Of a stretch of DNA of 64,000 nt, positions 21,059-32,100 are shown in pieces. Position numbers and translations under genes: made by a program. The DNA comes from Patescibacteria group bacterium (GTDB lineage Bacteria > Patescibacteriota > Dojkabacteria > GCA-002793355): NCBI GenBank assembly GCA_016860985.1, contig BOKM01000001.1, forward strand, positions 920,040-984,039. The letters are read 5' to 3'. The notes beneath the pieces were generated by a model. That model ran no database searches and was not told the origin of the DNA. It saw only the letters and a list, made by a program, of their open reading frames with translations. Numbering within the stretch: position 1 is the first letter of the stretch; every line of letters starts with the position of its first letter.

Positions 21059-22038
21059 GATTGCTTAGTGAGTGGTTTCCAAAAATATCGTAATTCTTCA
21101 ACATAGCTATATACATGATCAAGAATGTCGTTTGCTTCTGGGTAGTTACGTTTCAGTAATTGTTCACAATCAAATATTCGAACCTGCTCAACCTCATTTT
21201 TATCAAAACCATATGGACCGTTTGAAATACCAGCAAATAGATAATAAAACTCTGATTGGGTTTCGCTTTGATACAAACCTTTACGAATAAGCTTTAAATT
21301 CACTGAAATGCCCATCTCTTCCATGAGTTCCGATGCTGCACATTGTTCAATTGTTTGACCAAACACTTGATGACCACCGGGCATATCCCATTTTCCTGGA
21401 CCGGTCATTTTGTTCCAGCTTCTCTGCTGTAGGACTACATCTCCGTTTGATGTAAATATCATAAGGTGAGCAGCTCTGTGGTATCGGGAAGGAACTTTGT
21501 GAGCCTCTTTTTTTGTGATCTTTCCGATTTCCTCATCCTCTTTATTAACCTCAACAAGCATTTCATCTTCGGAGATGTTGATTGCCCTAATTGCAATATC
21601 AAGTTCTTGCGCAAGGTCCTTTTCGATTTGGTAAATATCATCTGATTTGATGAATTCGTCACGCGTAACCCATCTAAAATCCTGCAAATTCTCATTGGAA
21701 ACTGGCTCACCACTAATATAATCACAAAGATAATAAAGGTTAACCCCATATGCTCTTGAATCCCAACCATGATCTGTGTTTATTGCGACAAACTTTTTCA
21801 GAGATGCGGTTACGCCTGTTACCTCATTCTTTAGAACTCGTAATGCAGTTTCTTGTGGCGTTTCGTTCCAGTACATTCGACTTCCAGGGAATAACCAACC
21901 TGGAAACTGACTATGTCTACCAAGCAAAAGATGTTCCCCTTTTCGGACAATTACGTTGACGTTAACGATTGGTGTAACACGCGCCATAAGTTCTTTAAGG
22001 TGTTGCTCTTTTGTTACCTTGTAATGAGGATTTTGCAT
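21055..22038 (-). CDS. Tandem NUDIX-domain protein (C-terminal IDI-like)
   Basis: N-terminal degenerate box PGS..NETPQETALRVLKNE; C-terminal HRAAH, WDMPGGH..ELMEEMG. Confidence 0.8.
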   Translation of the reverse strand: MQNPHYKVTKEQHLKELMARVTPIVNVNVIVRKGEHLLLGRHSQFPGWLFPGSRMYWNETPQETALRVLKNEVTGVTASLKKFVAINTDHGWDSRAYGVNLYYLCDYISGEPVSNENLQDFRWVTRDEFIKSDDIYQIEKDLAQELDIAIRAINISEDEMLVEVNKEDEEIGKITKKEAHKVPSRYHRAAHLMIFTSNGDVVLQQRSWNKMTGPGKWDMPGGHQVFGQTIEQCAASELMEEMGISVNLKLIRKGLYQSETQSEFYYLFAGISNGPYGFDKNEVEQVRIFDCEQLLKRNYPEANDILDHVYSYVEELRYFWKPLTKQS

Positions 22039-22055
22039 AGTATTCTTCTTGAATA

Positions 22056-22129
22056 TGGGAACAACAAGATTCGAACTTGTGACCTTTCCGATGTGAACGG
22101 AATGCTCTAACCAGCTGAGCTATGTTCCC
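22056..22129 (-). tRNA. tRNA-Val(CAC)
   Basis: GGGAACA/TGTTCCC acceptor, anticodon arm TTCCG-TTCACAT-CGGAA, GTTCGAATC. Confidence 0.95.
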
Positions 22130-22157
22130 AAGGTTAGTAATTATACCGCAAGTAAAT

Positions 22158-22766
22158 CTAAATTTCAGTTTCTTGTTGTGGTGGATCTTCAATAACGATA
22201 CCAAATGCATTCAAGAGATTCATTACTTCTGGTTCAGAAAATTTGGCACCTTTCATTTGGTTTTGTCGAGCGTCAAAGCTATAATTTACGGCACCTCTAA
22301 AATCACATTTCGCAAGGTTTGTATGGTGAAAAACAGTGCGTGAGAGCTCAGAAAACTCAAAGGAGGATTCACTAAGCTGAGCCTCCGAGAAATCCGCTTC
22401 GGTTAGCTTGCAATTCTTAAAAAGGGACTTTTCCATTCTCATCGTACTAAAATGCGCATATTCTAAGTTGCAGTCAATGAACGATAATAAAAGTGGTAAT
22501 GTTTGGGATATTGTTGAAAAATCAACTCCAATAAAGGAGCAAGTATGAAATGTTGCTCCTCTAATTATTGTGTCTATTAACTGGGTGTTATTAAAATTGC
22601 TATGATTAAACGTACAAGATTCAAATGTGTTCTTTTTTAGTTTTGATTGGCTAAATGCACAACGATTGAATATACAATTCGTGAAATCAGAGCCTTCTAA
22701 CGTTGTTTGATTAAAGTCATTACCTGTAAAAATGCAGTCACTATACTGCCGAAAAGATTCTAACAC
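22158..22766 (-). CDS. Pentapeptide repeat protein
   Basis: Regular F/L every fifth residue (EADFSEAQLSESSFEFSELS); probable GTG start 22766 avoids overlap with upstream gene. Confidence 0.88.
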   Translation of the reverse strand: MLESFRQYSDCIFTGNDFNQTTLEGSDFTNCIFNRCAFSQSKLKKNTFESCTFNHSNFNNTQLIDTIIRGATFHTCSFIGVDFSTISQTLPLLLSFIDCNLEYAHFSTMRMEKSLFKNCKLTEADFSEAQLSESSFEFSELSRTVFHHTNLAKCDFRGAVNYSFDARQNQMKGAKFSEPEVMNLLNAFGIVIEDPPQQETEI

Positions 22767-22776
22767 GAGATTAGTT

Positions 22777-23103
22777 TTATAATGGGTTGAAAGGTCCACT
22801 ATACAAATCATCAACTTCGTCAACTTCCAGTGATCCAACATCTGCATCAACGTCGTCGAATTCATCACCAGTTGCAAGAATTGGCTTGATGTCACCTTTG
22901 ACCTCTTTACCTTCTTCTTCCATGAGTTTTTTTATATCTTCTTTTGTCATTGGGGTTGCTTCTGAGAAGGTAAGGTACTCACCACAATGGTGACAGGCAA
23001 AAACGTAATAAACGTCTTCGCCACAGTTACTGCAAGACATTTTTACTACATTGTATTCTTTTTGCCCACCAACTTTTGCTGGGGCTTTTGTCGTTTTTTC
23101 CAT
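22777..23103 (-). CDS. Small zinc-ribbon protein with acidic tail
   Basis: CSNC and CHHC; D/E-rich C-terminus. Confidence 0.7.
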   Translation of the reverse strand: MEKTTKAPAKVGGQKEYNVVKMSCSNCGEDVYYVFACHHCGEYLTFSEATPMTKEDIKKLMEEEGKEVKGDIKPILATGDEFDDVDADVGSLEVDEVDDLYSGPFNPL

Positions 23104-23180
23104 ATATTCTTAGAGAACTAACTAGGATTACTGTCAGTATAGCAACGATAAATCAGAATGGCAATATCTCAGAAGTTCCA

Positions 23181-24095
23181 CTAGCGTTTCTTTCGGCCAA
23201 ATCGGAGGAAAAGTACTGTAACGACTCCAACAAGTGCGAGGACAGCAATGAGAGGAATCGGAATAATCCAAAAGCTTACTACTCTATCTGCAACCACACG
23301 ATTGTTATTTTGGTCGTATCCAACCTTGGCTGTTGCAATATACTTACCTATTCGAAAGTAATCAAGGTTAATGGTTATGCCAGTTTTATCAGTTTTTATA
23401 AGTCCTTTTTGTGGCGTCCATGTTACTGAATAAGTGCGTTCATTTTCAGGAAGTATAACAAGCTGATCTTGGTTGAAATTTGTGTTCCAAAATGAGTTAG
23501 TAATTTCACCTCTGTGTACAAAAATATCACCACTTGGTAAGAATTCGACATTTCCTTTGTTCTTGAACTGAAGTGTAAAGGTTGCCTCTTCGTTTGGCCA
23601 CATCCAGAAAATGGGTTTATTTACGGTGTATGACACTACTTCGCTGTCACGCAACTCTTCACCCGCGACTTTACCAAGTATTTGGTATGCTACTTTATCG
23701 TCAAGTGCTGCGCCCGAAGATGCGAGCTGCTGGAGTCCGTTCTTCTTTTCAATAACAATTGCAGCATATTTTCCGCCTGGTTTAGGGTCACTTGGAACGT
23801 TGATGGTATAAGGAATCTCAATAGATTGGTTTTGCTTTAGAGTTACCTCTTGCTTTGATAAGGTAATCCAAGAGGTCATATCATACATTTGTCGTCCGTT
23901 TGGCGTTCTATCATAAATGTACTTATTTCCATTCTCCTGAAATACGAACTTAACAGAAAGAACGAAAGTCTGGGCTTCTGGCTCACCCGTTACAAAAGAA
24001 TTGGTAAGCGTAAAGGTTCCTTTTACGCTCTTTCCTGCCTCAAAAGTATACCTATTTAAAGAAGGACTGATAATATAACCATAATCTCGTGCCAT
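23181..24095 (-). CDS. DUF916/WxL-partner-like cell-surface protein with C-terminal TM anchor
   Basis: SWITL, IPYTINVP..PGGKYAA, FKNKGNV, ILPENER, TM followed by RKKR. Confidence 0.7.
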   Translation of the reverse strand: MARDYGYIISPSLNRYTFEAGKSVKGTFTLTNSFVTGEPEAQTFVLSVKFVFQENGNKYIYDRTPNGRQMYDMTSWITLSKQEVTLKQNQSIEIPYTINVPSDPKPGGKYAAIVIEKKNGLQQLASSGAALDDKVAYQILGKVAGEELRDSEVVSYTVNKPIFWMWPNEEATFTLQFKNKGNVEFLPSGDIFVHRGEITNSFWNTNFNQDQLVILPENERTYSVTWTPQKGLIKTDKTGITINLDYFRIGKYIATAKVGYDQNNNRVVADRVVSFWIIPIPLIAVLALVGVVTVLFLRFGRKKR

Positions 24096-24101
24096 GTTTT
24101 T

Positions 24102-25118
24102 TTAAAAAGTTGCGGAGACAGTGTAAGTTACTTGTTGTGTGTAGTTTCCAGTTGTAGTATCACCATCCATTGCTGCACGATGTGTGACTAGTGCTGTATT
24201 TGTTGTATCAGTTGTACCTGGATTGTTGGTCCCAGAACCTGTGAGAAGGTTGGTGGCTGAGCTGATTGGTAATGGTGTGTCATCATCAGAAAAGTCTCCT
24301 GACTCGGTAACAGTACCTCCGGTTATGGAGCCACCAGTTAAGGCAATACCGTACCCTTCTGTACCTGAGGCAACAGTCGAGTTTTCTGCAACTAAATCAA
24401 TATCTAGGTTATCTGCAACGTTGCCAGAACCACTCTTTCTCAAGTCACCATCGGAGTTAACTTGAATTGTAAAGCCGGATGCTGCATTTGTTGTTACTTT
24501 TAACCTATATGCACAGGTGTTTACAGTAACAAGTGACAATGTTCCTAATGCGCAAGTGTTAGTATTGCCAGTATCATCAGAGGTTCTAATAACAAACGAA
24601 AGTGCAGGTTGTACTTGTGCGGAAACATTAACTACGTTTGCACTTCCAACATATACGAGTGCTCCACCGTAGTCGTTGTTCGAAGAAACTGTTTTTGAGT
24701 CAGTAAAAGTAATACCGTAATTTCCTGTTGCTGCGGATAGGTTAATACAGAAGTCAACGCCAGTTGTATCTGCAGTTGTTGTAGACGCAGTGAATGTGTA
24801 CGTATAGGTTTGAGATGCAACAGAACCTGAGCCATCTGGTGTTGAGTCTCCATCTGCGTCGGTAGTTCCGGACGTGCAGTTTGCTATAGTAACCCCAGCT
24901 GGAGCAACAATTGAAACAGTATTTGTGTTTGCATAGTCAACGGAAGCGGTATATGAGAAGGTTACATCTGTTGGTGTCGAGGCCGTCAGTGTGCTTGGTG
25001 CAACCGTAACTGCAACACCTGCAGCATGAACTGTTCCGATTGCTCCGATGAACGTAATAACGGACAGAATATAAAATAGCGCGATCGTGGTATGGACCTG
25101 TACTCTCTGAGTATACAT
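24102..25118 (-). CDS. Secreted Thr/Ser-rich WxL-like surface protein
   Basis: Signal peptide (VHA-A), VSAQVQPALSF, VTTNAASG, terminal GNYTQQVTYTVSATF. Confidence 0.65.
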   Translation of the reverse strand: MYTQRVQVHTTIALFYILSVITFIGAIGTVHAAGVAVTVAPSTLTASTPTDVTFSYTASVDYANTNTVSIVAPAGVTIANCTSGTTDADGDSTPDGSGSVASQTYTYTFTASTTTADTTGVDFCINLSAATGNYGITFTDSKTVSSNNDYGGALVYVGSANVVNVSAQVQPALSFVIRTSDDTGNTNTCALGTLSLVTVNTCAYRLKVTTNAASGFTIQVNSDGDLRKSGSGNVADNLDIDLVAENSTVASGTEGYGIALTGGSITGGTVTESGDFSDDDTPLPISSATNLLTGSGTNNPGTTDTTNTALVTHRAAMDGDTTTGNYTQQVTYTVSATF

Positions 25119-25170
25119 GTATGGCAGTAAAAAAGTTACTACGAAGTTTTAACACACCGCGCTATGGGTG

Positions 25171-28131
25171 TCAAACGCGCTTCATGTCAAGTGGCATGTG
25201 ACACTTCTTGTACTTCTTTCCGCTTCCGCAGGGGCAAGGGTCATTTCTTCCTGCTCGAAGGCTAGATTTCGCTGATTCTTTCTCGTTTTGTCGTGCAATT
25301 CTATTGCTAAGTGCTGCATTTACGGCGTCCCTCACTGCTGCTCTCCCTTGTTTTGGAATTGGAAGTCTTGAAACATTCGGTAATCCTTGCTCTTCTCGAT
25401 TGTCATTAACTCTTAACCGATACATTTTTCTTGAAACCATATCTCCAAGTGAGGCGAAGTACTCTTCGAAAAGCACTGCTCCTTCTCTCTTGTATTCAAC
25501 AAGGGGGTCTCTCTGTGCATAACCCCGAAGGCCAATACCTTCACGTAAATCGGACATTGCATCAATGTGATCCATCCAAAGATAATCGAGAGAAGACATA
25601 ATGAGGAATCTCTCGTACTCTTTGTCCGGAAGTGCTGAGGATAATGATTGTAGTTCGAGATGGAAGGAGGTCAGCAGTAAGTTTACTAGCATGTCGGTAT
25701 GAAGGGTTGCAACTTTCTTTTTAACGCTAATTATTGCTTCTTTCATTGCAGCATAGTCAGAAAAACCTGCTTTCTTTGCTGCCTCGTTTTGAATATCATC
25801 AGGGATACACGTATCCAAATAATCAAACAAAAGCGTTGCTTGTTTTGGCGTTATCTTTGTTGCAAGCGGTGAAAGTTCACCTAGTGATGATTCTATTTGC
25901 ATCACAATCTGCTTAACAATCCATAATCGAAGGGAGTAATCCATAAAGGAGTCCTTTACAATCTCTCTTAGTTTTTTATTCTGTGGCTCTTTAAGCGTGT
26001 AATTTCTAAGTTCGGTGATAAACTGTTTTAGTTTTTCACCTTCTAAACTCAATGGTTCGAGTGCAGGTAACGGCTCGTTGTGCAAAAGAATCAAAATAAT
26101 TTTTCGCATTTTGTATACCGTTTCTCGTTGCTGATTTAAAACGTCGTCGTAATCTACGAGTCTTCTTCTTGTGTCAAAGTTTAGTGATTCGACTTTTTGC
26201 TGTGCTTTTTCAAGAATGGAAGACAATAAACGCGATTCTAATGGAACATCTTCAGGAAGTGAGTTTCCAAGTATCGCCTTCATCATATCTCCACCAAATA
26301 CGCGCATTAAATGATCTTCTAGCGAGAGATAAAAACGAGATGAACCTGGATCACCCAATCGCCCGGATCGACCTCTTAGCTGATTGTCGATACGGCGTGC
26401 TTCGTGTCTCTCAGTTCCAATAATGTGTAATCCACCTAAATCCTTAACCACGTCGGTGAGCTTAATGTCGGTACCTCTTCCGGCCATGTTTGTAGCAATG
26501 GTGACCATGTTTTGTGCCCCTGCCTTAGCAACTACTTTCGCTTCCTTCTCGTGAAGTTTTGCGTTGAGTACCTGATGTGGGATTCCTTCTTTTTTAAGCA
26601 GGTCAGATAAGTATTCTGACTTTTCAATCGAGGTCGTTCCAGCAAGTACAGGTCTACCGAGCTCGTATTGCTTTTTAATTTCCTGGACTACGGCTGCAAA
26701 CTTTCCTTTCTCGGTTTTGTAAATGGTATCGGGCATATCATCACGAATAACCGATTTGTAGGTAGGTACTCGAACAACATCTAATCGGTAAATTTTCTGG
26801 AACTCTTCGGCTTCGGTCATTGCGGTACCCGTCATACCTGAAAGATACGAGTACATCCTAAAGTAGTTTTGGTATGAAATCGTTGCAAGGGTCTTACTTT
26901 CTTGCTTAATGGTTACTCGCTCTTTTGCTTCGATAGCCTGGTGTAAACCTTCGCTATACCTTCTGCCTGGTTGCACACGGCCGGTAAATTGATCGACTAT
27001 AAGGACCTCATCGTTATGTACAATGTATTCCTTGTCTAATCGGTACAAGGCCTTTGCCTTGAGTGCATTGTCCATATGTCTTATAAATATACTGTCACTC
27101 CAAACATCATCCTGGCCAAACATTTCTTCAACCTTACGGATACCCATATCAGAAAGTACTACGGAGTGGCGCTTTTCATCTACCGCGTAGTCTTCTTCTG
27201 GTATTAACTCGTCTGCGATAGTCGCGAATCGTGCATACACGTCACTTGGCTGAGAGTCGGGCTCCGAAATGATGAGGGGAGTTCGTGCTTCGTCGATAAG
27301 AATTGAGTCACACTCGTCTACAACGGCAAATACAAAATGACGTTGTACTCTGTCTTCAAGTGCTTTTGCGCTATTATCTCGTAAATAATCAAAACCGAAC
27401 TCGCTAGCCTGTCCGTAAATAACATCGGTAAGGTATGCTTCTTTTTTGGTAATCTTTTTAAGATTGGTACCGTTCATGGTAGACATATTTGCCATATCCT
27501 TTTTCTCGAGGGACGATTTTGAGTCTGGGCCAAAAATGCTAACAACTTCTTCATCGGAAATAATCTCATAAGAGGCTTCTGCTGTAATTACAGCAGTTTT
27601 CATACCAAGAGCCAAAAGTATTTGACCACTCCACTCTGCATCACGCTTTGCAAGGTAATCGTTGACAGTTGCAACATGAACGCCGTAACCAAGAAGACCG
27701 TATAAGTACGTAGGTAAAATTGCTGAGTTCGTTTTTCCTTCTCCTGTAAACACTTCTGTAATTTTTCCTTGTGAAAGGAGGATTCCTGTAATCAGCTGTA
27801 CGTCAAAATGTCTGTGTTTCGCAACTCTTTTTGCTGCCTCTCTGACCCTTGCAAAAATTTCTGGGAGCATACTCATAAGCGCTTTTCGTTCTTGCTCTAA
27901 CTTTTTTTTGTCTAGCTGGGGGTAGTTTACATCATAATAAATCTCAGGTGATTTGCGAGCTGCGATGTCTATTCCAAGCTGCTTTCTGAAATATTCGGTA
28001 GAGGCCCGCAATTCTGCGTCTGTAAGTTTTTCTACATCCGGCTCGAGTGCATTAATTTTTGTAATTAAAGAACGTGCCTTCTGTACTTCTTTATCATTTG
28101 GAGAGAATATTTTTGCTAAAAAGTTGCTCAT
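25171..28131 (-). CDS. secA: Preprotein translocase subunit SecA
   Basis: TGEGKT, VNDYLA, DECDSILIDEARTPLIIS, TNMAGRGTD, SEC-C GRNDPCPCGSGKKYKKCH; start ATG 28131 overlaps upstream stop. Confidence 0.98.
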   Translation of the reverse strand: MSNFLAKIFSPNDKEVQKARSLITKINALEPDVEKLTDAELRASTEYFRKQLGIDIAARKSPEIYYDVNYPQLDKKKLEQERKALMSMLPEIFARVREAAKRVAKHRHFDVQLITGILLSQGKITEVFTGEGKTNSAILPTYLYGLLGYGVHVATVNDYLAKRDAEWSGQILLALGMKTAVITAEASYEIISDEEVVSIFGPDSKSSLEKKDMANMSTMNGTNLKKITKKEAYLTDVIYGQASEFGFDYLRDNSAKALEDRVQRHFVFAVVDECDSILIDEARTPLIISEPDSQPSDVYARFATIADELIPEEDYAVDEKRHSVVLSDMGIRKVEEMFGQDDVWSDSIFIRHMDNALKAKALYRLDKEYIVHNDEVLIVDQFTGRVQPGRRYSEGLHQAIEAKERVTIKQESKTLATISYQNYFRMYSYLSGMTGTAMTEAEEFQKIYRLDVVRVPTYKSVIRDDMPDTIYKTEKGKFAAVVQEIKKQYELGRPVLAGTTSIEKSEYLSDLLKKEGIPHQVLNAKLHEKEAKVVAKAGAQNMVTIATNMAGRGTDIKLTDVVKDLGGLHIIGTERHEARRIDNQLRGRSGRLGDPGSSRFYLSLEDHLMRVFGGDMMKAILGNSLPEDVPLESRLLSSILEKAQQKVESLNFDTRRRLVDYDDVLNQQRETVYKMRKIILILLHNEPLPALEPLSLEGEKLKQFITELRNYTLKEPQNKKLREIVKDSFMDYSLRLWIVKQIVMQIESSLGELSPLATKITPKQATLLFDYLDTCIPDDIQNEAAKKAGFSDYAAMKEAIISVKKKVATLHTDMLVNLLLTSFHLELQSLSSALPDKEYERFLIMSSLDYLWMDHIDAMSDLREGIGLRGYAQRDPLVEYKREGAVLFEEYFASLGDMVSRKMYRLRVNDNREEQGLPNVSRLPIPKQGRAAVRDAVNAALSNRIARQNEKESAKSSLRAGRNDPCPCGSGKKYKKCHMPLDMKRV

Positions 28132-29099
28132 ATTGTTGGTATACAAAGTCTCAATGTTATCTGTAACGACTCAGTGAAGTCAAAGCAATTATACACTCTT
28201 TTACCAATCCTTGTACTAGTACGAGCAAATAATTCCAGAGATTGGATATCAACTGCTGAGAGTATTAGATGAGTTTGAGACATTTCATATTGTACCCATT
28301 GCAGGGATCTCTCTTTTTCAAGAAAAATAAGGTCACCTGATTTCGAGGTATAAAGCTTGTTATTGTCATCAACAAGGCAAAAATCGTCAAGGTAAAAGAC
28401 AAATAGTTTGGCACTTTCGGCGGTACAACTAATTCTTGTTGGTGTTTCCCCTTGCTGTAGTAATAGTACACGTTTTTTAGGTTCCAAGAACGGATACATT
28501 TCGGATAAAAGCGCATAGTATGAGCCTTCATGCACTACAACATCCTTTAATTTTAACAGTTCCGTAAAAATATAGGTTTCTTTTTTTATAACTGAGTTTT
28601 GTTCAATCATAAAATGGGTGAGAAAAGCTTTCGGTTGTTTTTGTGATTGCACGTCATATTCTCCCGAAAGAAAAAGGTGGGTTGTAGAATCTTCCGTCTG
28701 ATATAGAAATTGCGAGTGAATTGTTTCTTTTGGTGATAGATCGAAAGTTGCCACCAGCTCAACACTCTGTGCCGTAGTCATTCTGTAAAACCGCAATATA
28801 CGATCCTGTTCAATTGAAGAAAAATATCCAAAAGAACCTAGAAAATAGTCTGCTTTTATTGAGAGCTCCTTAATGCTCTTTTTGCTAGTTCCTTTAAGTG
28901 TGTAGAAAGAGATGTCACTTCTGCATAATATTCCTGTATTTATATCTGTAGTTATTACTGTGTCAGAATCCAGGCAATAGTGACGAGTAGCGGAAGGAAT
29001 ATTTTGGGGATCTCGCATAGTTTGCTTTTGTGAAAGTAAAAAGCCAAGTAGGTAAGCAATAACAATGATGCAGGTGATAAATATTGCTTTTCTGTTCAT
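28128..29099 (-). CDS. Hypothetical exported protein
   Basis: N-terminal TM, beta-rich; sits between the M23 gene and secA. Confidence 0.6.
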   Translation of the reverse strand: MNRKAIFITCIIVIAYLLGFLLSQKQTMRDPQNIPSATRHYCLDSDTVITTDINTGILCRSDISFYTLKGTSKKSIKELSIKADYFLGSFGYFSSIEQDRILRFYRMTTAQSVELVATFDLSPKETIHSQFLYQTEDSTTHLFLSGEYDVQSQKQPKAFLTHFMIEQNSVIKKETYIFTELLKLKDVVVHEGSYYALLSEMYPFLEPKKRVLLLQQGETPTRISCTAESAKLFVFYLDDFCLVDDNNKLYTSKSGDLIFLEKERSLQWVQYEMSQTHLILSAVDIQSLELFARTSTRIGKRVYNCFDFTESLQITLRLCIPTI

Positions 29100-29108
29100 T
29101 TGTCGAAA

Positions 29109-32100
29109 TTAAAATTTAGGGTGTGGATTTTCGCCTGTGAGGCGTTTTGGATATTTTTTCGAGTTCGCTGTCACGATTGAGTTCCAATCAATTGAAAAAT
29201 GAGGCACAGGGTTAGTATGCGACAGAGATGAGCTGCCATTTCTTGTTTCAAAATGTAGGTGAGCAAGAAGTGGTTCGCATTTGTAGTTGCCACTGTTCCC
29301 CGAAATCGCTAATTTACTCCCCTTTTTTACTATATCTCCAACTGTAATCTTCTTGCTGTTGGGATAGTTAAGCGAAGCGAGGTGAAAGAAATATGTGTAA
29401 AGGCCGTTGTCATATTTCACTCCAACGTAATAACCTCCGGCGTTACAGGCGTCCTTTCTGTGGTATCCTGCTGCAAATATTTTGCCGTCAGCTGGAGCAA
29501 GTATGGTTGCTTTGTTTACAGCGAAATCTATTCCGCTGTGCGCTTTGTCATATGCAGTTTTTCCATACCACTGTGACACTTGAACTAAAGAGGAAAAGAG
29601 CCATCCAAAAAAACGTTTTGCGTTCTGCCTTTTTATGAGAGGGAAACTTAACTCCGTCGCCGGAGATGTTGTAGTCGCTGTTAGGGCAGAATCTCCGATC
29701 GTTGCGCTAAAAATGAGTAAATAACTTACTTCGATTTTTATGCTTTGTGCTATTTTATGTGAAAAACTAACATTGTTATTGAGCTCAAGCTGAGCTTTTG
29801 TTCCGCCAAAATACAGTGGGTATAATTTGCCGAACACCGTGATTGTGCTGTCTGCAACCTTAACGCAGCCATACCACGTACGAGGATCCCACAGTGATTT
29901 TGCTTTGCACGATGTTGCCGTTATGTAAATTTTTGGATCTTTAAGTTGTAACTGCCGGAATACGCTTTTTTCTTTTTGGGCATCGAGCGGGATGGTTTCA
30001 ATGTAATCAATCGTCTTTATTGGCCATTCGCAGTTAATATCCTTGAATTCTGTGTCTGTGTTATGGAACGAGGTCGTACACGTTACTACAGGTGTGTCTG
30101 CCTTAAGCTTCGCGGAACTTCTTACCAATACTGATTCGCTTAAATCACTTTTATTCCCCGCTTTGTCAATTACTCTCCCCGTGAACGAGGCTAATGAAGT
30201 GGCATTTGATAGTGTAATTGTTTTTTTGTAAGGTGTTTTTGGTGTGCAGGTGCCTGCATTATAATAAATGCCATTTATGAACAACTCTGTTCTTACTTCT
30301 TCCCGGCAGGTTACTTTTATCTGTACAGCATTTTGAGCTTCCTCTTTAATAGACAATGTAGGTTTAGTTGGTGGCAAGGTATCAACAATAAACCGCACCG
30401 ATTTACTCGATGTATTTCCTGCATCATCAGTGCAGGTCGCTTTAAGAGTATGCTCGCCATCAGTGTAGGTAAGAGGTGCTTTATGTGTATTTTTATTTTC
30501 GGAAATTATTCTTCCCCCAGAATATAAGTTTCCAACTGCTTTGTCAGAACAAATACTCGTTATTGTCAACTTTCTTTGCCGTGTCACCTGATTCTCGCTA
30601 ATTCCATAGATGAGCGGAGGTCGGGGAGGTGTTGTATCGATGCGAAGAAATATTGGATTCGACTCTGAAATATAACCGACTGCATCTTCTGCTACCATTA
30701 TTGCAATGTAATCTCCATCAGGATACTTGTTTGATTCTGGCCAATGAGTCCATAAGTACGATTTTTCAAATTCTGTTTCAGAGTAAACTGTATTAAATTG
30801 TGAATCTTGAATAACAAGTTTTATGCTCTTATGTGTTGTGTCTTCTGCTGCTCCTTGCAAATAAACATTGGTGGTTGGAACGCCATTTTTGTCGAACTTA
30901 GGGGAGATTACATTATTGTTCGATTTAAAATATCTAAGAATAGGAGGTTTAATGTCAATTGTTGTTGACACAAAATCTGACCATTCTGAGAAGTTCCCGG
31001 CTCTATCTCTGGCTCTAACTTTGTAGTAATAGGTCTTTTCTTTTGCGTGGATGACGTCTGCAAAATTGTTTGTGTTCCAGCCTCCATATGTGTTATATGA
31101 CTTGAAATCGGCTCTTTCGCTGGATAAGAGTTGGTATTCAACAATATCTTCCAAAGGAAACCAAAAAATAGTATTGTTTTCGGAGTTTGTGTAATACGGT
31201 TCTTGAATAATTCGAGGTGGGTTTGGGGGAGTTCGGTCAATTGTGAAAGTGACTTCTTCTCCCCATACTCTTTCTGAATGTCCATCATCTGCACTGCACG
31301 ATGCTATATATGTGCCTTGAGGGAGTGATATATAAGAATTTGCGGCAGTTGATATTGGTTGTGTGATTATAGGACTTGAACAATTGGGGGTATCACAAAC
31401 TCGCAAGGTATATCCAATTTTATCTCCTTCATTATCAAGAGAGACGTCAGCTTTAAAGGCAACCTCCTCTTTTGCAATTGACTCGTTTGAGTTTGGAGTA
31501 AGTAATTTGCATAGTGTTGGTAGTGAATTTCCGCGAAGTGAAATACGTATTTTAGGACGGAGTGATTCAGAATCGCACCTTGGTGAGGTTGGTGCGAGAG
31601 TGCAACCATGAGCCCAAAAAATGAGTGCCTTGTCGGTTTCGGGGTTAATTTTAAGTAAAATCCCTTTATCGCTAGGATTTACTGATTTCATAATTTCTAG
31701 AAAGCTATTGGTGATATTTATACTCTTTTCCCCATTTGTGGTAGTTATTGTTGTGGAATCTCGTTTTGGCGAGATTGCGGGTTGTTGGGACCACGTAACA
31801 GAATCCATATCCCATGGAGAGGTTGTGGTATAGGCGTCAATTGTTGCTGTATTTTCTGTGCCTTCGTAGTAATACTGATGTAAGAGTAATTCCACTCGGG
31901 CAATATCAGAGCTAATTATGTCTAATTCTCTAAGTCTACTAACCGCAGCTTTCACCAACGTGCGTGTTTTACCTTTTCCATACAGAGAATCTGTGCCAAT
32001 ATATAAATTGCGGTTATCCCACGTTACGATGCTTGGATACTTTTCTTCTACATAGGTGTCTTCTGTAATCTCTAGTTCGACGGTATCTGCTGCTAAAACT

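Noticed and set aside
22767-22895. N-terminal extension of the pentapeptide ORF
   Set aside because: It overlaps the Zn-ribbon gene and lacks repeats; GTG 22766 fits better.
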